Shown piece by piece: positions 26,338-32,501 of a DNA stretch of 32,501 nucleotides. The DNA lies in sequence record SRR20825019_934; one strand, 5' to 3'. Within the stretch, counting starts at the first letter, position 1; every line of letters starts with the position of its first letter. A program made the position numbers and the translations under genes. Under the pieces are notes generated by a model that did no database searches, was not told the origin of the DNA, and was given only the letters and a program-made list of their open reading frames with translations.

Positions 26338-27551
26338 TTTCCTGCAACCTTCAATGCAAATCCGGTGGCGGGCGGCAGGGAAAGGCGGCTACCGCCAAAG
26401 GCCTCGGTGCTGAACAGCGCGTTGTGGAGGTGTTCGAGACCGATGGCGGCCGCGCCGATGAGGGCGGCGCCCGCGCCGAGCGGGCTTTGCGCGACCTCGA
26501 CAGGGTAGGGGAAGCAGGCGGGAAGGAAGGTCCGCACGCGGGCGAGCAACTCGCTGCGCAGGCCGATGGAGCCGCCGAGGATCACCTTTTGCGGGTTGGC
26601 GATCGCGGCGATCGCGCCGATCCCGCGCGCCAGATATTTCGCTGTCTCGTCAAGCACTTGCGCGGCATGACTGTCGCCTTCATTGGCGCGCTCGAAGATC
26701 GCCGGCACGCCGGCTTCCTCGCCTGAAAGCGCCTTGTATCGCGCCATGATCCCGATTGATGCCGTGACCCGCTCGAACGCGCCGGAGCGCAGCGATTCCG
26801 GATCGAACGGATCGGCGCCGAAGGGCAGAAAGCCGAGCTCGCCGGCGGAGTGGGTCGCGCCGCGCACCAGCCGGCCATCGACCAGCAGGCCGCAGCCGAT
26901 ACCCGTGCCGACCGCGATATAGGCGAGGTTGTCGATGTTCTGGCCTTCACCCTGCCAGTTTTCGCCGATGACCGCGAGGTTGACGTCATTCTCGATCACC
27001 ACCTCGACGCCCATGGCTTTGCCGAGCGCGCCTGCGACATCCATCTTGTCGAAGCCGGCAAGGTTGGGCGCCATCAGCACGCGTCCGGTGTTCTTCTCCG
27101 GCGCGCCGGGAACGCCGATGACGGCCAGCCTGATACGCTCGCGGGCGATATCCTTCCGCGCGACGGCGCGCCAGCACAGATCGGCGATCTGCTCGATCAC
27201 GAATTTGCCGCCGCGCGGGTCGGTCGGCATGACTTCTTCAGCGACCACCTGGCAGGCAAGATCGAGGATCGCTGCCCGCACCTTGGTGCCGCCGAGATCG
27301 ACCGAGGCGATATAGGCGGCATCGGGCACGAGTTCGTAATTGACGGCGGTGCGACCGATATGGCCGCTGCTGCGTCCCGATTCCCTGATCCAGCCGTCGA
27401 CTTCAAGCTGTCGCACGATTTCGGAAACGGTCTGTTTCGACAGTCCCGTCTGCTTGGAAATGGATGCACGGGAAATCTGCCCGCCCTGGATGATCGCCTC
27501 CATGACGGCCCGTTCGGAAAATTTCCGGGAGATTTTGCCCGCGTCGCTCAT
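26334..27551 (-). CDS. ROK-family transcriptional regulator
   Basis: HTH ISRASISKQTGLSKQTVS, VDLGGTK, IENDVN, GTGIG, GELG; start 27551 or 27566. Confidence 0.93.
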   Translation of the reverse strand: MSDAGKISRKFSERAVMEAIIQGGQISRASISKQTGLSKQTVSEIVRQLEVDGWIRESGRSSGHIGRTAVNYELVPDAAYIASVDLGGTKVRAAILDLACQVVAEEVMPTDPRGGKFVIEQIADLCWRAVARKDIARERIRLAVIGVPGAPEKNTGRVLMAPNLAGFDKMDVAGALGKAMGVEVVIENDVNLAVIGENWQGEGQNIDNLAYIAVGTGIGCGLLVDGRLVRGATHSAGELGFLPFGADPFDPESLRSGAFERVTASIGIMARYKALSGEEAGVPAIFERANEGDSHAAQVLDETAKYLARGIGAIAAIANPQKVILGGSIGLRSELLARVRTFLPACFPYPVEVAQSPLGAGAALIGAAAIGLEHLHNALFSTEAFGGSRLSLPPATGFALKVAGK

Positions 27552-27561
27552 ATATGCTTCT

Positions 27562-27612
27562 TTCATTCGTTCTATGAACGAACTAATTAAACCAGGCGCC
27601 GAATGTCGTCAA
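27562..27612 (-). promoter_or_regulatory. ROK operator and promoter
   Basis: TTCGTTC-tat-GAACGAA (27566-27582) within TTCATTCGTTCTATGAACGAACTAA, an XylR-type ROK operator shape; minus-strand TTGACG (27607-27612)-N17-TAATTA. Confidence 0.7.
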
Positions 27613-27677
27613 GCCGCACGATTGTTTTCGGTGAGGATCGCGTGTGCGGCCCGGTTCAGCAGAGCGTAGAGTCTGGT

Positions 27678-29117
27678 TCAGCAGGGAATGTTGATGACCG
27701 CCCGCAAGCCGCCGAGCGGACTGTCGCCGAGCGTGACATTGCCGCCATGGGAGCGGGCGATATCGCGGGCGATCGCAAGACCGAGGCCGGTGCCGGAGGA
27801 ATCGAGATTGCGGGCATTATCGAGCCGCAGGAACGGCTTGAACACTTCCTCGCGCATCGCCGCCGCAATGCCCGGCCCGTCGTCATCGAAGGTCACGGTC
27901 AGCCATTTTTCGCCATGCTCGGCGGTGATCTCCAGGCTTTCGGCATGGCGTTTGGCGTTGGAGGCGAGGTTGGCGACAAGGCGGGCGAAGGCATTGGGCC
28001 TGACCGCAATATCGTCCTCGCCGATCACCACATAATGCAGCGATTTCCCTGAGAGTTCGAAATCTTCCTGCTGACGCCTGAACAGCGCCGAGAGGCTGGC
28101 GGTGCCGGTGGTTTCCTCGGCGTCGCCCCGGGCAAAGTCGATATAGCCCTGCAGCATCTTCTGCATTTCCTCGATATCCTCGTTGAGGGCCTCGACTTCC
28201 GGGCTTTCGCCGATCAGGGCAAGCTGCAGCTTGAACCGGGTGAGGATGGTGCGCAGGTCGTGGCTGACGCCGTTCAACATGGTGGTGCGCTGCTCGATCT
28301 GGCGTTCGATGCGCTCGCGCATCAGGATGAAGGCGAGGCCCGCGCGCCGGATTTCGATCGCGCCGCGCGGCGTATAGGGCACCACCGAGCGGTGGCCCTT
28401 GCCGAAATCCTCTGCCGCCTGGGTCAGCTTCAGGATCGGCCGGATCTGGCCGCGCAGGAACAGTGTCGCGATCCCGATCAGCACCAGCGAGGTGCCGACC
28501 ATCCACAGAATGAAGATATGGGTGTTCGACGCGTAGGTCATGGAACGGCGCGCGAAGATGCGCAATATGCCGTCGTCGAGCCTGATGCGGATTTCGACGA
28601 AACGGGAATCGCCGAGCGTGTCGATCCAGAACGGACGCCCGATCTTGGCCGAGATCAGCTCTGCCAGCACCTGGTCGAGCAGGCCGAAGAACGGTTTCGG
28701 CAGCGGCGGCGGAAGCTTGGCGCCCGGCTCGAAGGCGACCCTGAGCCCCATGTCGCGCGCGGCAATCGAGATGATCTCGCTTTCATACTCGTCGCCGGTC
28801 GCGTCGATCAGGTCGATGATCGCCGCGATGTCGCCGGTAACGGCATCGGCAAGGCGGCGGGTCACCATCTGCCAGTGGCGCTCCATGAACACGGTCGCGA
28901 CCACCGCCTGCAGCAACAGCATCGGAATGATGATGATCAGCAGCGAGCGGGCGAAAAGGCCGCGCGGCACACGGTGATGGGTCCAGCGGGCGACGACCTT
29001 GTAGGCGCCGGCGATATGGCGCAGGCCGGGCAGCCGCTCCAGTGCGCGCGTCCGTTTCCTGAGGGCGTCAGCAGCACCGGAACAGACCTTGTTGAAACTC
29101 GTGGGCCAGAGGTTCAA
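27678..29117 (-). CDS. EnvZ-like sensor histidine kinase
   Basis: Two TM helices, HAMP, GVSHDLRT, NLASNA, DDDGPG, GTGLGL. Confidence 0.93.
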   Translation of the reverse strand: MNLWPTSFNKVCSGAADALRKRTRALERLPGLRHIAGAYKVVARWTHHRVPRGLFARSLLIIIIPMLLLQAVVATVFMERHWQMVTRRLADAVTGDIAAIIDLIDATGDEYESEIISIAARDMGLRVAFEPGAKLPPPLPKPFFGLLDQVLAELISAKIGRPFWIDTLGDSRFVEIRIRLDDGILRIFARRSMTYASNTHIFILWMVGTSLVLIGIATLFLRGQIRPILKLTQAAEDFGKGHRSVVPYTPRGAIEIRRAGLAFILMRERIERQIEQRTTMLNGVSHDLRTILTRFKLQLALIGESPEVEALNEDIEEMQKMLQGYIDFARGDAEETTGTASLSALFRRQQEDFELSGKSLHYVVIGEDDIAVRPNAFARLVANLASNAKRHAESLEITAEHGEKWLTVTFDDDGPGIAAAMREEVFKPFLRLDNARNLDSSGTGLGLAIARDIARSHGGNVTLGDSPLGGLRAVINIPC

Positions 29118-29126
29118 TTTCGGGTC

Positions 29127-29828
29127 CTAATCCCGGCTCAGGCGGTAGCCGATACCACGCACGGTCTGGAGATAAAGCGGGTTCGCCGGGTCGTTTTCGA
29201 TCTTGCGGCGCAGCCGGTTGATCTGCACGTCGATGGTGCGCTCGTTGATCTCGCTGGCGCTGCTGACGAGATCGTAGCGCGCGACCGTTTCGCCGGCCTT
29301 TTCGGCAAGCATGGTCATAATGTCCTGCTCGCGGTCTGTAAGGCGGATCGGCGTGACCCCCTTCTTCAACTCGCGTTTTGCAAGCGAGAAGGAATAGGGG
29401 CCGAACACGACCTGATCGATCGCCGGCGTCTTAGGCATCTCGGCGCGGCGCAGGATATTGCTGATCCGCAGCAGCAATTCGCGCGGCTCGAACGGCTTGA
29501 CCAGATAATCGTCGGCGCCCGCCTCGAGGCCGGCAATGCGGGCATCGGCCTCGGCCTTGGCCGTCAGCAGCAGCACGGGGACCGGGCGGAATTCGTTCAG
29601 ATGTCGGGTCAGCGATACGCCATCCTCACCCGGCATCATCACGTCGAGAACGAGGAGGTCGAAATCGAGCCCTTCCAGTTTGCGCCGCGCCTCGGACGCA
29701 TCGGCCGCCGTCGATACCCGATAGCCGTTTTCGCCCAGATAGCGTTTGAGGAGCGTGCGGATACGGGTATCGTCGTCAACGATCAGCAGGTGGGCAGCAT
29801 CATCATCAACCACTCTGGCTTCACTCAT
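29127..29828 (-). CDS. OmpR-family response regulator (PetR-like)
   Basis: VDDD, LDVMMPGEDG, GADDYLVKPF, RTIDVQINRLRRKIE, TVRGIGY. Confidence 0.95.
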   Translation of the reverse strand: MSEARVVDDDAAHLLIVDDDTRIRTLLKRYLGENGYRVSTAADASEARRKLEGLDFDLLVLDVMMPGEDGVSLTRHLNEFRPVPVLLLTAKAEADARIAGLEAGADDYLVKPFEPRELLLRISNILRRAEMPKTPAIDQVVFGPYSFSLAKRELKKGVTPIRLTDREQDIMTMLAEKAGETVARYDLVSSASEINERTIDVQINRLRRKIENDPANPLYLQTVRGIGYRLSRD

Positions 29829-30310
29829 GGTCGGTCCCCTTTCTCGGCCTGCGGCGAAACCTGCGCTCCGGCATGAGGATCATGATCGCACATTCGTGTC
29901 AGAAATTGGCCAACCGTCCGGCGCTCGTCCTCCTGCATCGCCGCAAATGCCCTGTCGATACGCCGAAGCTGCGGTGAAAGCAGTTCCGCGCGCAGCCGCT
30001 CGCCTTCACGGGTCAGAAACAGCCGGCGTTGACGCCGGTCCTCCGGACCCGCGGTCTGGCGGATATAACCGCCGTCGATAAGCTGTTTCAGCACCCGTGC
30101 CAGGCTCTGCTTGGTGATGCGCAGGATGTCGAGAAGATCGGCAACGCTCATCCCCGGCCGGCTGCCGACGAAATGGATGACCCGGTGATGGGCGCGGCCG
30201 AAGCCGATCTCGCCGAGGATCGCGTCCGGATCTGCGGTGAAATCGCGATAGGCGAAAAACAGAAGCTCGACCACCGCCAGATCCGCGGCCTCGGGCGTCT
30301 GATTGGGCAT
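29825..30310 (-). CDS. MarR-family regulator (PetP-like)
   Basis: ELLFFAYRDFTADPD, GRAHHR, ITKQSLARVL, DRRQRRL; start 30310 or 30373. Confidence 0.9.
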   Translation of the reverse strand: MPNQTPEAADLAVVELLFFAYRDFTADPDAILGEIGFGRAHHRVIHFVGSRPGMSVADLLDILRITKQSLARVLKQLIDGGYIRQTAGPEDRRQRRLFLTREGERLRAELLSPQLRRIDRAFAAMQEDERRTVGQFLTRMCDHDPHAGAQVSPQAEKGDRP

Positions 30311-30398
30311 GATCGCCTGGCGTTTCGCTCCCAAAGCCTGTTTCCTTTCGCCCGGACGGGCTTTTGCAATCAAATCAAGTCTGGCATAGGTGTTGTGC

Positions 30399-30458
30399 CA
30401 GAGCGTGTCCGCGCGTCCGGACGGAAAACCGGTTCCACTTTTTCTGGACGCGCTCTAG
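30399..30458. repeat. Partial Bru-RS-like palindromic repeat
   Basis: AGAGCGTGTCC (30400-30410) and GCGCGTCCGGA (30411-30421) can each pair with TCTGGACGCGCTCT; core GGAAAACCGGTTCCACTTTT; ends GCTCTAG. Confidence 0.65.
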
Positions 30459-30526
30459 GTTTAAAACGGACTCTGACGAAATGGAAGCCGCTGGCACAGT
30501 CCGTCCGCAAGGGAGATATCAGTTTC

Positions 30527-31174
30527 ATGGCGCAGATCCAGGCCGGGATCATTCCCGTCACCCCTCTCCAGCAGAACTGCACCGTGCTGTTCGACCTGGA
30601 AAGCCGCGACGGTGTCGTCGTCGATCCCGGCGGGGATGCCGATGTCATCATCCAGGTCGTGGAGGAAAACGGCATTGCACTGAAGGCGATCTGGCTGACC
30701 CATGGCCATCTCGATCACGCCGGCGGGGCGATGGAACTGAAGGAGCGTCTGGGTCTCGAGATCATCGGCCCGCATGAGGACGATCGCTTCATTCTGGAAA
30801 ATATCGAGGAAAGCGCCGAGCGCTTCGGCATGGCGGGCATGGTGCGCAATTGCTTTCCGGACCGCTTTCTGACCGAGGGCGAGACGGTGGGGTTCGGCGA
30901 CCATGTGTTCGAGGTGTTCCACACGCCCGGCCATGCGCCCGGCCATGTGATCTTTTTTAACCGCGCCCAGAAATTCGCCCATGTCGGCGATGTGCTGTTT
31001 CATGGCTCGGTCGGACGCAGTGATCTGCCGGGCGGCGACCACGATACCCTTCTCGCTTCGATCCACGACAAGCTGTTTCCGCTGGGCGACGATGTCGGCT
31101 TCATCTGCGGCCACGGCCCGGGTGGACGGATCGGCGAGGAACGCCGCAACAACCCGTTTCTCAAGGGGCTCTGA
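30527..31174 (+). CDS. MBL-fold metallo-hydrolase (glyoxalase II / YcbL-GloC-like)
   Basis: THGHLDH, HTPGHAPGH, GDVLF, GRSDLPGG, CGHG; RBS GGGAG. Confidence 0.93.
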   Translation: MAQIQAGIIPVTPLQQNCTVLFDLESRDGVVVDPGGDADVIIQVVEENGIALKAIWLTHGHLDHAGGAMELKERLGLEIIGPHEDDRFILENIEESAERFGMAGMVRNCFPDRFLTEGETVGFGDHVFEVFHTPGHAPGHVIFFNRAQKFAHVGDVLFHGSVGRSDLPGGDHDTLLASIHDKLFPLGDDVGFICGHGPGGRIGEERRNNPFLKGL

Positions 31175-31202
31175 GGGGCGCCGTCCCCGCCGGGTCGGCG
31201 CT

Positions 31203-31856
31203 CTACCCCGCGATCAAGATCTGCCCGGCGCCTTCGCGGCCGTCATTGGTGAAGACGGCGCGGTCGCCTTCCATGCGCACGCCGCTGGAGGCGAGCCGGC
31301 GAAGGGCTGCGGGATAAAGCCTGTGCTCCACCGTCAATATCCGCTCCGAGAGTGAAACCGCGGTATCGCCCGGCATCACCGGAACCGCCGCCTGGCCGAT
31401 GATCGGGCCTTCGTCCATGCCTTCGGTTACGAAATGCACCGAGCAGCCGGCAATGCGCATGCCGGCGTCGAGCGCGCGCTGATGAGTATCGAGGCCTGGA
31501 AACAGCGGCAGCAGCGAGGGGTGGATGTTGATGATCCGGCCCTCATAGGCGCGGATGAAATCGCCCGAAAGCAGGCGCATGAAACCGGCAAGGCAGATGA
31601 AATCGGGCGCGAGACCGGCCAGTACGCTCAGGATCGCGGCCTCGTGCGCCTGCTTGCTGTCGTAATCCTTCCGCGCCAATGCGTAAGCGTCGATGCCCCG
31701 TGCCTTCGCCTTCGAAAGCCCGCCGGCGTCCTTCTTGTCGGAGATGACTGCGATGATTTCGGCCGGGAAATCGGGCGCTACGCAGGCGTCAGCGAGCTTT
31801 TCCATGTTGGAGCCGCTGCCGGAGACGAAGACGGCGACCCGCTTCCTTCCGCTCAT
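31203..31856 (-). CDS. purN: Phosphoribosylglycinamide formyltransferase
   Basis: [39 protein letters not shown]. Confidence 0.97.
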   Translation of the reverse strand: MSGRKRVAVFVSGSGSNMEKLADACVAPDFPAEIIAVISDKKDAGGLSKAKARGIDAYALARKDYDSKQAHEAAILSVLAGLAPDFICLAGFMRLLSGDFIRAYEGRIINIHPSLLPLFPGLDTHQRALDAGMRIAGCSVHFVTEGMDEGPIIGQAAVPVMPGDTAVSLSERILTVEHRLYPAALRRLASSGVRMEGDRAVFTNDGREGAGQILIAG

Positions 31857-32500
31857 AGCGCGATCATGCCTCTGTAAACCGTGCCTTCCATGCCGTCCTT
31901 GCGGGCGACGATGCGGCCGAGCCTGAAGGCCTGTTCGCCTTGCCCCGCCAGTGCCTCAAGCACGGCGTCGAGCTGGTCTTCGCGGCAGACGCCGATCATG
32001 CCGACGCCGCAGTTGAACGTGCGCATCATTTCGGCGGGTGCAACGCCGCCCGCGCGCGCGATCCACGAGAACACGGCAGGCACGGTAATCGCCTCGAGAT
32101 CGATCTCGGCCGACAGCGATGCCGGCAGAACACGCGGAATATTCTCGGGAAACCCGCCGCCGGTGATATGGGCGAGCGCCTTGATCGCGCCGGTCTCGCG
32201 GATGGCCGCAAGAAGCGGCCTCACATAGATGCGGGTTGGCTCGAGCAGTGCCTCGCCGAGGCTCTTGCCCGGCGCGAAGGGCGCGGGCGCCTTCCAGCCG
32301 AGGTCGTTCATTTCAGCGACCCGGCGCACCAGTGAAAAACCGTTCGAGTGGACGCCCGAGGAGGCGAGACCGAAGATCACATCGCCTTCCTCGAGGCTTT
32401 CCGATGGCAGCAGCGTGCCGCGCTCGGCAGCGCCCACGGCAAAACCGGCAAGGTCGTAGTCGCCTTTGGCATACATGCCCGGCATTTCCGCGGTCTCGCC
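31853..32500 (-). CDS. purM: Phosphoribosylformylglycinamidine cyclo-ligase (5'-truncated by the window)
   Basis: [40 protein letters not shown]; overlaps the purN start. Confidence 0.97.
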   Translation of the reverse strand, partial: GETAEMPGMYAKGDYDLAGFAVGAAERGTLLPSESLEEGDVIFGLASSGVHSNGFSLVRRVAEMNDLGWKAPAPFAPGKSLGEALLEPTRIYVRPLLAAIRETGAIKALAHITGGGFPENIPRVLPASLSAEIDLEAITVPAVFSWIARAGGVAPAEMMRTFNCGVGMIGVCREDQLDAVLEALAGQGEQAFRLGRIVARKDGMEGTVYRGMIAL

Positions 32501-32501
32501 G

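Noticed and set aside
28260-29876. 538-aa plus-strand ORF and similar long overlapping ORFs (3176-4363, 7155-8207, 9151-10323, 10308-11555, 17543-18649, 25162-26325)
   Set aside because: All lie antisense to well-supported genes.
30382-30396. Possible sigma54 promoter TGGCAT-N5-TTGT
   Set aside because: The -12 GC is absent (TTGT), and spacing on the other strand is wrong.
30029-30526. N-terminal extension of the MBL hydrolase ORF (381 aa)
   Set aside because: Overlaps marR and the repeat; an RBS and family-like start lie at 30527.
1-32501. CRISPR arrays, tRNA/rRNA, integrase/transposase or defence genes
   Set aside because: No spaced direct repeats, RNA-gene signatures or such protein motifs seen by eye; covariance-model and HMM searches would be needed to exclude small RNAs.

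Overview
High-GC alphaproteobacterial chromosome segment, most likely Hyphomicrobiales/Rhizobiales (inferred from gene content and a Bru-RS-like repeat). About 27.6 kb of accessory catabolic modules abut a core block. (1) An XRE-cupin regulator and an alpha/beta hydrolase share a repeated candidate operator. (2) A GntR regulator is divergent from a translationally coupled PuuE-like deacetylase / aldehyde dehydrogenase / asparaginase operon. (3) A De Ley-Doudoroff locus: dgoR-like, dgoK and dgoA lie divergent from close homologues of the functionally orphan E. coli yphF-yphE-yphD-yphB genes, followed by a GMC oxidoreductase, dgoD and an SDR. (4) A NarL-type two-component system, a small Cys-rich membrane protein in very AT-rich DNA, and a probable gene remnant. 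(5) A ROK-regulated operon: M20 deacylase, sugar-type ABC transporter and a YhfX-family PLP enzyme. (6) Core genes: EnvZ/OmpR-like pair, MarR (PetP-like), MBL-fold hydrolase, purN and partial purM. The best novelty candidates are the yph-GMC-dgo pathway and the ROK-M20-ABC-YhfX operon. No rRNA, tRNA, CRISPR array or intact transposase was seen. All family assignments come from motif recognition, not database searches.
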